A DNA stretch of 64,000 nt from Gracilinanus agilis (taxonomy: Eukaryota): assembly GCF_016433145.1 (NCBI RefSeq), contig NC_058130.1:165682703-165746702 (forward strand), read 5' to 3'. Under the pieces are notes generated by a model. The model searched no databases. It saw only the letters and a list, made by a program, of their open reading frames with translations, and had not been told where the DNA came from. The position numbers and the translations under genes are program-made. Positions 50,488 through 63,361 of the stretch are shown one piece after another. Position 1 is the stretch's first letter. Every line of letters begins with the position of its first letter.

Positions 50488-51000
50488 GGGGCAGCTGGAT
50501 GGCTCAGTGGATACAGTGCTGGGCCTAGAGACAGGAAGACCTTGAGTTCAAATCTAGCCTCAGACACTTCTAGCTGTATGACCCCAGACAAGTTTGGACT
50601 TAATTTCGTTTTGCCTTGATCCACTGGAGGAGGAAATGACAATTCCTGTATCTTTGCCAAGAAAACCCCATGGACAGTATGGTTCTCTGGGTCACAGAGT
50701 TGGGCATGATTGAAAAACACCCATAGGGAAGTGGTAGTAGCATTGTAGTAGAAAAGCTAAATGGTATAATGGATATAGAATACCAAGCTTGGGCTAGAAA
50801 GACTTATCTTCCTGAGTTCAAATATGGTCTCAGGTACTAGCTGTATGATCCTGGACAAGTTACTCAACCATCTTTGCCTCAGTTTCCTCATCTGTAAATG
50901 TGCTGGAGTAGGAATGGACAAACCACTCCATTATCTTTGCCATGAAAACCCCCAATGGGGGTCACAAAGAGTCTGACAACTGAAAAAACTAAACAATAAA
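50488..51000 (+). mobile_element. Two tandem MAR1-type SINEs in GALT intron 8
   Basis: tRNA-derived heads and RTE-like ctttgcc(a/at)agaaaacccc tails at about 50488-50718 and 50750-51000. Confidence 0.7.
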
Positions 51001-51138
51001 AGTATGATTGTAGGCCTTTTTGGCTTTGGGGAATGGGGTCCTGTTTTCTAGGCAAGGAGCAGAGCAGTTAGAGCTTGGATTCTGAGTTTTAAATGTCTTG
51101 GATTCTGAATTTACAATTCTAGGCTCTGTGGGTCCTAG

Positions 51139-51297
<159 letters not shown>

Positions 51298-51668
51298 TAA
51301 ACCCCAGAGAGAACCGAGACCTGGGTGTCAGCTCTAGCTGCCTTTTGAGTCCTGTTGAATTTTGCCCGGCAAAGACCACATCTCCCATCAAACCTTGCAA
51401 AGCTATTCTGTTAATACTGTAAGGCATACTGGGAGTTGTGGTTTCTGCTGGACCCAATACTTCAGCTAGGTATTGCAGAGCAGGACATGCATGCTGGGAG
51501 TTGTGGTCTTTGGATGCCATTATCTCACTACATTTCCCATCATCCTGTCCTGCATTCTGTTTGCTGAGGCAAAACATGTTGGGAGTTTGTTCTGAGATGA
51601 GGCTTAGTTCCTTAAAACATGCTCAGAAAAGCAGTCCTAAGCTTTCCATGGAGCAGTGCATGTTTAAA

Positions 51669-51705
<37 letters not shown>

Positions 51706-52406
51706 GACAGCTAGATGGCTCAGTAAATAGAGCTAGATAGGAAGTCTTGATTTGATTGTAGCCTCAGCTACTTCATAGCTATGTGACCCTGGGCAAATTC
51801 ACTTAACCCCAGTTACCTAGCCCTTACTGCTCTTCTGCATTGGAATCAATATTGGAATCAATTCTAAAACAGAAGGTAAGGGTTTTTAAAAAATAATATT
51901 TTAAAAACATGGTAGTCACTTATTTTTACATCATCCTTTTTTCAGAATATATCCTCCTTTTTCTTAGGTCATTTTGTTTATAAAGAATTCTTACTATTAT
52001 TAATTATTAATTTTTGTTTTATTTTAATTAGTATTAATATTTTATATATCTATATAATATGTTATATAATTTATAAAGAATTATTAATAAAGAATTTTGA
52101 AAGAAAAAGTCCATTTAGTAAAAAGCCAACCAACCAATGTAAAAACTGAATTGGACAGAGTGTTTATCTAATTAACATGCTCTATTGATAGTTCTTCCCC
52201 TTGCAAAGAAGAGGAGGATATACAGTTTTTCAGCTTCTCTAGGACCAAGCTTCATCATTGTAATTGTGTCCCATTCATTGTGGGTTTTTGTGCTTTCCAT
52301 TTTTACTATTGCATTAAGTGTGTTGTTTTCCTGAATCTGCTTTCTTCATTCCCCAATAATTCATCTAAGTCCTGGAGCAAACTGTTTATGTGCTGCAGAG
52401 GAGTAA

Positions 52407-52610
<204 letters not shown>

Positions 52611-52766
52611 TGATATTTAGTAACAACCTCTTCCATCACTCCAAGGGTCAGTCTGTGAAACTACTGGGAGGGGGCAGTAATAGAGAAAGGAAGAAGAGGA
52701 TCCCGGGAGATTGGGAAGGCTCTTCAGTGCTTGTGCTCCCCTCCTCCACTCTTTCCCTCTTCTTAG

Positions 52767-52832
52767 GCTGCACAGCGATTGAGGGCGCTACCAGAAGATC
52801 ATTATAGGCTTCGACCGAAGGATGCTGCCTGA
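52767..52832 (+). CDS. GALT: GALT exon 11 (coding part, with stop)
   Basis: AAQRLRALPEDHYRLRPKDAA*; eleven exons total 1119 nt = 372 aa plus stop. Confidence 0.95.
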   Translation, partial: AAQRLRALPEDHYRLRPKDAA

Positions 52833-52924
52833 CTGTGGCCCCCAGAAGGAGTCCAAAATTAGAAATGCTTCGAAGCTGTCAGCTCCCTTATCTTACAGGA
52901 TGGAGGAGGGGTCTTGAGCTGGCA

Positions 52925-52930
52925 AATAAA
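52925..52930 (+). terminator. GALT polyadenylation signal AATAAA
   Basis: About 90 nt after the stop, followed by cctttgtccctgtct. Confidence 0.75.
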
Positions 52931-54529
52931 TCCTTTGTCCCTGTCTCCCAAGGCTGCTCTGAAGGGTTGGGGGGTGGGCTATTTGCTCTTGCCTCTGGTC
53001 TGAGGATTGGCTGGAGTTGAGGGGAACCCTGTATCTTGGGGGCCAGCCTCACCTCAGCTTTGGTGGACGGTAATCAAATCCTAGCCATGCTGGAGCCAGG
53101 TTCTGTTAAATCTTGGCCCTGTATCAGCCCTTCAGGGAGGGGGCCCAGACAAGCCGGCGGCGGTGCAGCTCTGCTGGCAGACACTTCACATGGGTGTTCA
53201 CATGGCTCAGAGCTTCTCCAGCCCTCCCACGTGCTGCAGGCATACTGATACACAGATCAGTTATGAGCCTGAAGGGGGCCACATACCCTGCTGTGTGTCT
53301 CTGGCAGCCTGCCCTGAAGGGGAGTATGGGGGGTCGGGGTGGGGGAGGATTCCAGACTTTTACAAAGCACTTTCACGATAACTTCACTGAATCCTTAGGA
53401 CAGCTCGGTGAGGAAGGGAGAACAGGAAATATGAGTGTGCATTTACACAAATGGCCAGTCCAGGGCTCAAACTTCTGATTTGTGGGCAGGGTGGTGTGTG
53501 TGTGGGGAAAAATCCTTGGATTAGGTGTTGTTAGTCTGAATCCCAACCCTGCCACTTAGTAGTAGTAATTCTAGACATGCAGAAAGGAGGGGTAGGGGTT
53601 GGTTTTCCTCATCAGTAAAATGGGGAGGGGTTTTGAGGAAGTGATTATCTTTTAAGAAAATCATACCATTTGTTCCCGCTATGCTATGAGCCCTTTCCAA
53701 GTCTCAAGTTCTGGCTCTGCTTCAGGAGCCAACTCAACTTGGATTTTGGGAAAGGAATTTTACCTCCTTAGTTCTTGGTTTTCTCATGTAAAATGAGTTT
53801 CTTGTGCTAAATTGGGGGTTCTTAACAAGGATCTGGATAGATTTCAGGGGGCCTGAACTTGGAAGAAAAGATACATTTATTTTCATCAACCTCAGCTGAA
53901 ATGTAGGATTTCCCTTAATTATGAATGTGGACAGGTCGGGGTCCGCAGCCATAACCAGATTGCCAGAGGGGTTCAGAATATAAAATAAGTCCCCCATGAC
54001 TTAGGAACGGTATCTAGGCTCCTTTTCAGCTTTGACATCCAAGGATGGATTTTAGGACCATTTCTCTCCTGCACCATATTTGCCTCATTTCTCTGCGGGG
54101 CACTCTTTGTTAATCATACCATAAAGTAGAGGGAGTAGGAAATGGGATTTCTTTGAGGTTTGAACTCTGGGGAGGAAGATTATTGAAACCCCTTCAAATC
54201 CCCCTGCCTCACTACACTTGGCCACTTCATTATCTCGAGCAGCTGCCCCATCTCAACCAAGTTCCCTCATCAACTTGCAGGAATGTTTCAGCCTTCCCAC
54301 CCCCTCATCTTGTCAGCAGTCATAGGTTGGTATAACACCCCACTGGGGCTGCTCGGTATGAAAGGGAAAACGGGATGGGTAGTCCCTTCATCCTTCCCGT
54401 AATCTCTAATCAGGGGACATACCTTCTGGCTAAGGTCCTCCCGAACCTCCAGAATTCCAACTCTCCCTGTATCTGAATCTGGAATCAACTCAGGTGCCTC
54501 GGACCATTCCCTCCCTGGGCAGCCCCCTT

Positions 54530-54802
54530 TCCTCTATCGCCAATTACCGGACTCCCGCCCTCCCAGCACTCCGCTGCCTCTCCCGCTCCAGGGACAGGAA
54601 GTGTCCGGGCAGGGGTGGGGGCCTGGGTGGAGGCCGGTGATTGGCAGTACGGGACTCCAATGGGCCTCAGAGCCCACCCCTTCACCCCCATTCCCCAATT
54701 CCGCCGGGACCGGAGGGCTCGATCCGGCCCCGCTCTGCCCTGGGGGGCGGGGGGCCGGAGGCTGTGTAGCGGAGGAGGGAGCGGGCGGCGAGGCCGCGTA
54801 AG
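54530..54802 (+). promoter_or_regulatory. IL11RA: IL11RA CpG-island promoter and non-coding exon 1a
   Basis: CCAAT/ATTGG at 54640-54644 and 54657-54661, CAGGAAGTG ETS motif, GC boxes; donor aag|gtgagg after 54802. Confidence 0.7.
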
Positions 54803-56494
54803 GTGAGGAGCGGTCTGGTGGTGCGGGGGGCACGGTGTAAACGGGGCCGCCCCTCGGGCCCAGTTGCGCTGCTGTTCTCTCGGCTGTGTGGAGAGTGCGA
54901 GCGTGTCTGCGTGTCTCCAGTCCAGTCTGGAGAGTGTGTTTGGGGTGTTAGAGAGCGGGTCTATCTTCCCACCCAGCCCAAAGTCCCAGGGCTCAGACTG
55001 CCTCTACGTGCCGGCTTGTCTCTTCTCGGTGTCTTCGCGTCTATTCTGTCACTTCCTTTTCCCTGTGTCTGATTCCCTAGGATCTGAGTTTCCCAATTGA
55101 CATTTGAAGGATACTGGGGAAAGGAAAGAGGATCTTGTTTATGATGGGGGAAATGGGAAGTCTGGGACCCAACTGGCGAGGGGGCTGCGATCGGAGAGTG
55201 CGAGCCAAACTATGTTATGCGTAAATGTGTCCACTTGAGAGTGTGCCAATGGGGATGAGTGGGTGAGCCTGGGTCTGCGTTAGTATATGCGTGTGGGTCC
55301 AGATTGGCACGCCAATGACCAGAGACAGAGACACAGAGAGAGAGACAGAGAGAGAAAACGAGAGCGCGACAGCCGGCACAGCAGAGAGAGAGAAGAGTAA
55401 ACTGGGGAGCCCAGGAGAGGAGGGAGAAGGGCTTGAGCTAGAACTGAGGGGCCTGAAGAGGGGTTTGGAGGGAGGGCGGGCCTGCGACTAGCCAGAGTTT
55501 CCTGAGGGAGGAGTTTAGGGGATGGATTATCAGCCAAACTAGAGCTCTCGGTCCACTTTTCTCAGCCTCAGGCCTTCCCCCTTCCTTCTCACCCTCTGGG
55601 GAGCAGCCCTGCCCAGCTGTGGAGAAACATCTGGAGTTGGAGGACTGAGGAGAGGGAAAGGGGAGGTTTTGGGGGGAGTCTGTGTCTCTTTGTCTCTCTC
55701 TGTGATCTGATCATTATCTGCATAGAAACAGTGCATGCCAGCATTTGTTTATGCTGGGCTATCCATGTGGAAGGAGGGGTATGGCTGCCTGGAATTGCTT
55801 ATTTGTTTCTCTGTTGTCTGTTCATCCCCGGGTTCTTTTGAGTGCCAGGGTATCTGTGAATGTGTGTCTGTGCACATGCTTGTTTGTTTCTATGTAACCA
55901 AGTGCTTATGTATATTGGTGCTTGTCTGTACACATCTTTGTGTCTGCATTTGTGTGCCTGCGTGTCATATGGTTTCATTTGTGCAGATCTGTTTGTGCAC
56001 TGCCCTCTCTGAAATCCACTGTGACAAGCCAACATCCCATCTGTTTGGGGTTGGGTGGGTGATAGAACATGTGAACTGTTTTACACTCCCCCTTCTGCCC
56101 TTCAGTACACACATACATACGATGGGCACATGCATGAACCCATCCATGTGGGCACACAGAAACCCTTACTAGATTCTTCACAGACTCATTCCCAACATTC
56201 TTGTTCCAAGAGTTGGGGCACAGAGGGAAAGGGTAGACCTGAGGCTTCCTTTCCAGCCCGTAGGATTGGGTTGGGGGTAGGGAGTGTCCTGGCTGTGGAA
56301 TTGGTCCATTCCTTAGCTCTGGCCTTACCCCGAGGGCTAGGGGTAGGAGGAAGGAGGAGGGAAGGGGGCCTGGCTGAGGGGCAGTCACTTTCTGCCAGGG
56401 AATGGTGGGGGGGAAGGGGGTGGGAATTGGAGGAGCCAGGCTAAGGGAAGTAGGGAGAGGGGGGCTGCCTTAAACTCCCAGAGCTCAGAGCTGA

Positions 56495-56574
56495 GAACAG
56501 AAGCAGAGCAGGAGCTGGCTGAGGGTTGGAGGAAGGAGGCAGGATTATGGACACAGGGAGCTCCAGGACCTAAG
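56495..56574 (+). other. IL11RA: Candidate alternative non-coding first exon (1b) of IL11RA with short uORF
   Basis: G-rich upstream sequence, cttaaa TATA-like box near 56470, donor aag|gtaggg after 56574; uORF 56547-56573. The 5' boundary is a guess. Confidence 0.55.
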
Positions 56575-57918
56575 GTAGGGGGGGAATAAAAAACAGGGGT
56601 GAGGGGGTGCAATGTGATAGAAGTCCTATATCCCACTCCATGGGGAAGGGATCTGCATACACACACACTCAAACACAAATACACAGATGTGTATGCACAT
56701 GTAGAGAGACACATGCATTTACATATATCCAGTGCCCTATATCTGAAACTGGTCTTTCCTCTGGACTTCTCTTTTCTCTACCCCCCTTCCCCACTCATCT
56801 TTACTACCCTCAATTCACCTTTCTGCTGTAGCTCCCAAATCTTGCTTCCCTGTCTCCATTCTGTATTCCTCTTTCCTTAGGGTACCCCCTCCCTTCCCCC
56901 AATCACCCTTTTGTCTCTGGGCCTCTGGCAGCAGCTGTTGCATCTGGATCTAGTTAGTCCTTTACCTCCCCTGCTTCCCCTCCCTCTCCCTAAGTCTCTA
57001 ATGCTCCTTCCTTCAGTGGATCCTGAAGAAAACTAAGAAAAGAGGGTGACAGGGTTGCCCAGGGTCGGTTTAGAACCAGATTGGCCCAGAATGGGAGAAG
57101 ATGAAGTGCCCATGATGGTTGGCTTGAGCAGGGTTGTGGTCAGAATGTGGCTGCACCCCGATGCTCTCCGTCCAATCTGTGGACACTCCTTATCCCTATC
57201 TGACAGACCATGGGTTGGGGATGGGGGTAGAGATGCCTGGGTGTCCAGATTATTTCCCAAAGACATCAGTTTCCTAGGTTGAAGGGTTCAAACATCCATT
57301 CTTTCTTAAGTGGGTCTGGCTATTTTTGGGGTGCAGGCATCAAGAAGAAAAGGGTTAACAGTGGAGAGAGGCCAAGTGAGAGTAGAGGGGGGCCACTGCC
57401 ATAGCAGTGCCAAATTCTGAGCTAGCCCCAGTGCCAAGGGTTGTCAGGAGGAGGTAAGGGTCTGGCACGGACCCCAACGCCTCCGGCTTTTGTTCTCGGC
57501 CCCAAGCCCAGAACTGGGGCTCCTAGGGGCTGGGTTGGGGGGTAGGGGTGGTGGTGAAGAGGGGGTAGGACTACTATGAGTATATGAGTCTGCCTCAGTG
57601 TACAAGCATATATCAAATATGTACATGTGTATTTTTGTGAATTTGTGTTTCTGCCTTTATATATGTGAGTGTGGCAGTACTCTTGTGTGTGTCATTGCAT
57701 GTATGCCAGTTCCTTTGTATGCTCTGTCCCTTTGCCCCAGAAAATGAAAGTTCCTCTCAGTTTTCTACTTTCGACCTTAGTTTCCCTCCTGGGAACTGAT
57801 CAGATCCTGGACAGATCGGAGGAAGGAATGATACCTAGGAGAAAATGGCACTCCTGGTGGCTGGGGTCCCAGAGAGTCCCTTCTCTGGAGATGACCCTAT
57901 ACCTCATTCTCTTTCCAG

Positions 57919-58018
57919 ATGAGCAGCAGTTGCTCTGGGCTGGGCAGGGTCCTGGTGACTGTGGCTGCAGCCCTAGTGTCTGTCTCTTCCATTGACCCTG
58001 AGACCTGGGGTCCCCCAG
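57919..58018 (+). CDS. IL11RA: IL11RA first coding exon (signal peptide)
   Basis: ctttccag|ATG; 100 nt; [33 protein letters not shown]. Confidence 0.96.
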
Positions 58019-58271
58019 GTGAGAAAGCATGGCTCAGATCAGGGTCCCCAACTACTGACCTAATGGAGTTATCTGACCTTTGAGTCAGGATGAAACTGGG
58101 GCCCCCAACCTGTGTTCCCTAGGAATGTGACCCTAGAACCTGAGAGCTGATGCCCAATGCCTAGAATCCCCAGCAACCACCATTCTCTGATACGGGAGGG
58201 AATTGGGGGAGGGCTCAAGAGTCAGCATGGGGAGGCTTTCTCCTCAGAATTCATACCATCCCCACTGGCAG

Positions 58272-58332
58272 GGGTCCAGTACGGGCAACTTGGAGAGACC
58301 ATTGTGCTTTTGTGTCCAGGAGTGACTCCTGG
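58272..58332 (+). CDS. IL11RA: IL11RA coding exon 2
   Basis: 61 nt; GVQYGQLGETIVLLCPGVTPG. Confidence 0.95.
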
Positions 58333-58647
58333 GTAAGTGTCTCAACTCACTTATCTCTTGTTAATCCTGATTGTCCTCCAGCTTCCATCATAACTTTCTC
58401 TTATCTTCATGGAATGAAGGGGTGGGATATGGAGGCAGGAGCTGAGGGAACGGGGTGGGCTCGGGTAGAGGATGCATTGACTTCTGCACTTGACCTTTTA
58501 TTCCTTGTCCAGCACCTAGCATGGTGCCTGGCACATAGTAGGTGCTTAAAGTTTATACCTTGATTCTCCTAACTTCACCCATGCTCCTTCTCCAACTCCA
58601 TCCTGCTCTGTCTTCAACCCTTCCCCACCCATACCTTATATCTTCAG

Positions 58648-58826
58648 GACACTGGTTTCCTGGCACCGAGCAGATGGCCATGCACTCCAGGGGACATCGA
58701 GGTCAGAGTTAGGGTTGGGACGACAGGAACTGGTCCTGGAGCAGGTAGATAGCCAAGACGAGGGCACCTATATCTGTCAATCCCAGGATGGGGATACCAG
58801 AGGCTCTGTGACGCTTCAACTAGGCT
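58648..58826 (+). CDS. IL11RA: IL11RA coding exon 3 (Ig-like domain)
   Basis: 179 nt; [10 protein letters not shown]...[33 protein letters not shown]. Confidence 0.95.
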
Positions 58827-59008
58827 GTGAGTGGTGGTAATTGTAATAACCTAAAGGATGGCATGAGTGACCCTGATGGGGAGGTGGGGATGGAGTTGAG
58901 TGGGACTTCAAAGGACTGGAAAGAGGTGGGACCATAGCAAGGAGGAATTTCGGAGTGGAGTGATTGATGCCTCCCTGGCATCCCCCAGCTCCTGTCCCAT
59001 CCCCACAG

Positions 59009-59123
59009 ACCCCCCATCTCGTCCCATGGTTTCCTGTCGGGCATCAGACTATGAGAATTTCTCCTGTTCCTGGAGCCCCAGCCGGGTCAGTGGCCTCCCC
59101 ACACGATACATTACTTCCTACAG
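59009..59123 (+). CDS. IL11RA: IL11RA coding exon 4 (cytokine-binding D2)
   Basis: 115 nt; [39 protein letters not shown]. Confidence 0.97.
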
Positions 59124-59330
59124 GTGCGTGAGCATGGATGGAATGGCCCCGGGGGGTACGGGGAAAAGGGAAAATAGGGGGTAGACAGACTACCTCTGGG
59201 ACCTCATTATGAAGGGTCTTCAGGTAGGGAAATGCCAATGAGGAAGTTGTAGTGACTGGGGAGATTTCCCTTCCTCTGGCAGCCCAGAGGTATAACCAAG
59301 GTATCCCTTCTCTCCTTCCTTCTTGCACAG

Positions 59331-59363
59331 GAAGAAAATCATTCTTGGAACAGAAAGAGGAAG
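59331..59363 (+). CDS. IL11RA: IL11RA coding exon 5 (33-nt micro-exon)
   Basis: tgcacag|G...AG|gtaag; KKIILGTERGR. Confidence 0.9.
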
Positions 59364-59518
59364 GTAAGAAGCCCCAATCCTCTCTTATTCCCTGGTGGAC
59401 TCTGTGGAGAAGGGTGATATGGGCAGAGAGTTTCACAGGCTGAGCTGAGCCTTTATGTGGAGTCCCTAGTGTGACTGGTATTCCTGATGCTCACTGTGCC
59501 CTTCCCCCTAATATTTAG

Positions 59519-59685
59519 GCCAGCGCTATCTGCAGAGCCCCAACCGTGCTTAGCAGAACTTCCTGGGGCTACCCGGTGTGTGGTCCATGGTTCTGAGTTC
59601 TGGAGCCAATATCGGATTAATGTGACCGAGGTGAACCCCCTGGGGGCCAGTGCCCGCCTACTGGATGTGAGCATGCAAAGTATCT
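59519..59685 (+). CDS. IL11RA: IL11RA coding exon 6; gene continues beyond the window
   Basis: 167 nt; [55 protein letters not shown]. Confidence 0.96.
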
Positions 59686-60284
59686 GTGAGTAAGCCCCTT
59701 GGATGCCACCTAAAATATTGTCTTCTCTCACAAAACATCTGTGAATGACACCCCACAAATGCTGACCCTGGTTAATACACAGAACATCCATGAATAAGCA
59801 AGCCTATTACTCCGACCCTGATCACCAACAACACATTTAAGAGTGACCTCAGTGACTAATATAGCATGGAGTGACCTCATGTGATTCCCTCAAAAACTGA
59901 CACTCCCAGATTTATAGATGTAAAGCTAGTAGGGGCCTTAGAAGCCATCAGAGTCCAACCCCCTCATTTTAAAGATGAGGAAACTGAGGCTTAGAGAGGA
60001 TAAATGTTTTTTTTCTAGGGTTCCCCAGCTAGGAAGTGTTTGAGACAGGATTTGAAATCATGTCTTCCTAATTCTAAATCCAGAATTCTGCTGATACCTA
60101 ATTGTCTTAACTCTGTCATCACACACAGTCTCCTGTCCATTATCCCCTAGCATTGACTTTTTTAACCCTTACCTTCTGTCTTAGAATTGATACCAAGTAT
60201 TGGTTCCAAGGCAGATGAGCCAATAAGGGCTAGGTAATTGGGGTTAAGTGACTTGCCTGGGGTCACACAGCTAGGAAGTGTCTT

Positions 60285-60468
60285 TTTTTTTTTTAACCCT
60301 TAACTTCTGTGTATTGGCTCTTAGGTGGAAGAGTGGTAAGGGTGGGCAATGGGGGTCAAGTGACTTGCCCAGGGACACACAGCTGGGAAGTGTCTGAGGC
60401 CGGATTTGAACCTAGGACCTCTGGTCTCTAGGCCTGACTCTCAATCCACTGAGCTACCCAGCTGCCCC
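60285..60468 (-). mobile_element. Young SINE nested within an older SINE (about 60160-60540)
   Basis: 14-bp TSD ctaggaagtgtctt at 60271-60284 and 60469-60482. Confidence 0.9.
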
Positions 60469-61527
60469 CTAGGAAGTGTCTTGATGCCAGATTTAAACTC
60501 GGGTTCCTCTGACTCTGGGCCTGGCATGCTATCCATTGTGCATTGATTTCTATTAGGAACCATCTAAACATTGCCCCGTCCCAGTGCATCTATGAATGAT
60601 CCTTTCATACTATTCCCATAAAAAGACAGATACTGCAGGCATACTAACCAATTATTCTTCAGAAAATGTCAGCAATCTTCCTACGATTCTTACATGATGA
60701 TTAGATTACCAATACCCACCCACAAGGGACCCCTAGGACTCCTCCTTGCAAAAACTGACCTTATCAGGATAGTATGTTTTTGGATAATTCTCCTCTGACC
60801 TCCATATTAGCCTTTATGATTCTCCTCAGACACTGATCCTTCCACTGACTCCATTGGTACACAACATATTCTTTTACCTTCTGTTTTGGAATCAGTATTG
60901 TGTATTGGTTCCAGGGCAGAAGAATGGTAAAGGCTAGGCAATGGGGGTTAAATGACTTGCCCAGGGTCACATAGCTAGGAAGTATCCGAGGCCAGCTTTG
61001 AATCCAGAAACTCCCATCTCTGGATCTGGCTTAGTCCACTGAGCCACCTAGCTGCTCCTACATTATATCTTCTTAACTGACCCCAACTTGTCAAAATATT
61101 GACCTCTTAGTGAACCCTAAACTACATCTCACCTTCACTGGATGCTCCTGGAGCAATACTCACTGCTGCCAAGCCCTAGGCAGGAGCTGGCTGACTTTGG
61201 CATCCCCCCCACCTCTTTTCTCTCTGCTTAAGGGTTCTTATCACTGCAACCACACCAGGCCACTCACTAGGTCACTTTGTAAGGCCCTAAGTTCTGTAGT
61301 GATTTAGATTCTTCCTTTTATAGACCCCTTACAAGATGGAGGTTTCATAGGGAAGGGTTACTAATAAATGAAAGTGAATAAAATCAAACCACAAGCATAC
61401 CCCAAATAGACTGAGTTATGGAGGACAGGGATTTGATCCTCTGTTTATTCCTGTTGTGAGTCCTACCTTGGTTCCTGGATAAAGACAAAAAAAACTAAAT
61501 ATTTAAGTGCCTACTATTTAAGGGCAA

Positions 61528-61770
61528 AGGAAGCTAGGTGGCACAGTGGATAGAGTGCTAAGCCTGGAATCAGCAATCTTCCCAAGTTCAAATCTGACCT
61601 CAGACACTAGCCAGGCAACCTTGGACAAGTCATTTATCCCTGTTTGCCTAAGTTTCCTCATCTGTACAGTGATCTGGAGAAGGAAATGGCAAACCATTCC
61701 AGTAACTTTGCCAAGAAACCCCAAATGGGGTCATGAAGAGTTGGACAGGACTGACATGACCAAACAACAA
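61528..61770 (+). mobile_element. MAR1-type SINE
   Basis: agctaggtggcacagtggatagag head and RTE-like tail. Confidence 0.8.
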
Positions 61771-63171
61771 ATTTAACTGCCAGGCACTGCGATCCTCTAT
61801 TATTTTATAACTCTCATTTTTATGGGGCTTTAAGTTTAAGTGCTTTCCTCGGTCCCGTGAGATAGGTAGTACAGAGGTCATTATTGCCATTTTTCAGAGG
61901 AGAACACTGAGGTTCTCAGTATGTATCAGAACTAGGATTCCAACTTCAATCTCCTATTAATTCTGAGTCCAGTGTTCTCCCCAAGTATATCACTCTGCCT
62001 CTAGTTTCCTCCAGTAGATACAGCTGCTTTGCCCAAGGTGAGCCCAAGTCCCTTTAAAGGGCACTGTCTAGTTCCACCTCCTTGTGAGCCTTTTCCCCTG
62101 CCTTTAGCTCCAAGCTAGGCTTCATCTCTGCTCGGAAGCCTCCCTGACTACTGTGGGTCTTACCTTAGTTCCTGTTCAGAAAAGAAAAGAAACCATATTT
62201 AAGTGCCTGTCAAGTGCCAGACACTGTGCTATACTTTAGAAATATTTCATTTGATCCTTACACAACCTTGGGAGGTAAGTTCTATTATGCCTATTTTACA
62301 GTTGAGGAAACAGAACAAGATTAAGTGATTTGCCTAAAATCACATGGTATCTGATGTCCAATTTGAATTCAGGTCTTCCTGTCTCCAATCCCAGTGCTGT
62401 ATTCTCTGGATCTTCTAGTTTTCTCTTCTAGATTCTTCTTTGGCCCTAAAGATTACTCCTCTGGGCTTCATGCCCTTCTTTGATTGACCTTGCTTTTACT
62501 TTTGTAACTGCAGCACTTTGTATTATTTCTTATGGGTCTCTGCCTCTGAACCATAGCATACTGCCCTTATTCCTGACCAATTACTCTTAACTCTATTAAT
62601 AAAGTTTGGGTTGTTTTTTTTTAAGCCCTTTCATCAGCTCATCATGCCCACTGAGTTTTCTACCTTTTGTCCTGAGTGTTCTGAGTCCTTTACTTAATCT
62701 CAATAGCAATTTTTGACCTAAATACCACTTTTGTATTTTGCCGTCTCTTTTCAAGAACCAGAAGCATCCTTCCTCCCTGCCTTTTCCTCTTTCCAAGCCC
62801 ACACTGGCACAGGGACAACACACTAAGTTGTTTTAGTCTATAGTTGGCCATTTATCTGTAGGACACTGAAGGTGAATAACAGATCATAGAACCAAAAGAG
62901 ACTTGAGGCCTTTTCCAACCCTCTCATTTTCCATGAAACAGACCTAGAGAAGCTGCATAATTTGTTCACACAGATAGTAAGAAACAGAGCCAGAATTTGA
63001 ACCTAATTCTTCTGACTCAAAACTCAGCATGCTTTCCATTATACCAACTCATATCTAGAGATGGTTTTGGTTATTGGTTCTACCTATTCCCTAAGGTTTT
63101 CTTTCTTTCCCCTAGACACAGGACCAGTGGAGGGAGTTGAAATTCTTCCCCAGATCCCTTAATTACATTCT

Positions 63172-63361
63172 TTTTTTTTTTTTTTAAACCCTTAACTTCT
63201 GTGTATTGGCTCAGGTGGAAGAGTGGTAAGGATGGGCAGTGGGGGTCAAGTTGACTTGCCCAGGGTCACACAGCTGGGAAGTGTCTGAGGCCAGATTTGA
63301 ACCTAGGACCTCTGGTCTCTAGGCCTGATTCTCAAACCACTGAGCTACCCAGCTGTCCCCA
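63172..63361 (-). mobile_element. Young SINE1_Mdo-like SINE
   Basis: 15-bp TSD ccttaattacattct at 63157-63171 and 63362-63376. Confidence 0.9.

Noticed and set aside
55735-56172. 145-aa Cys/Val-rich ORF in IL11RA intron 1
   Set aside because: Derived from (TG)-rich low-complexity sequence.
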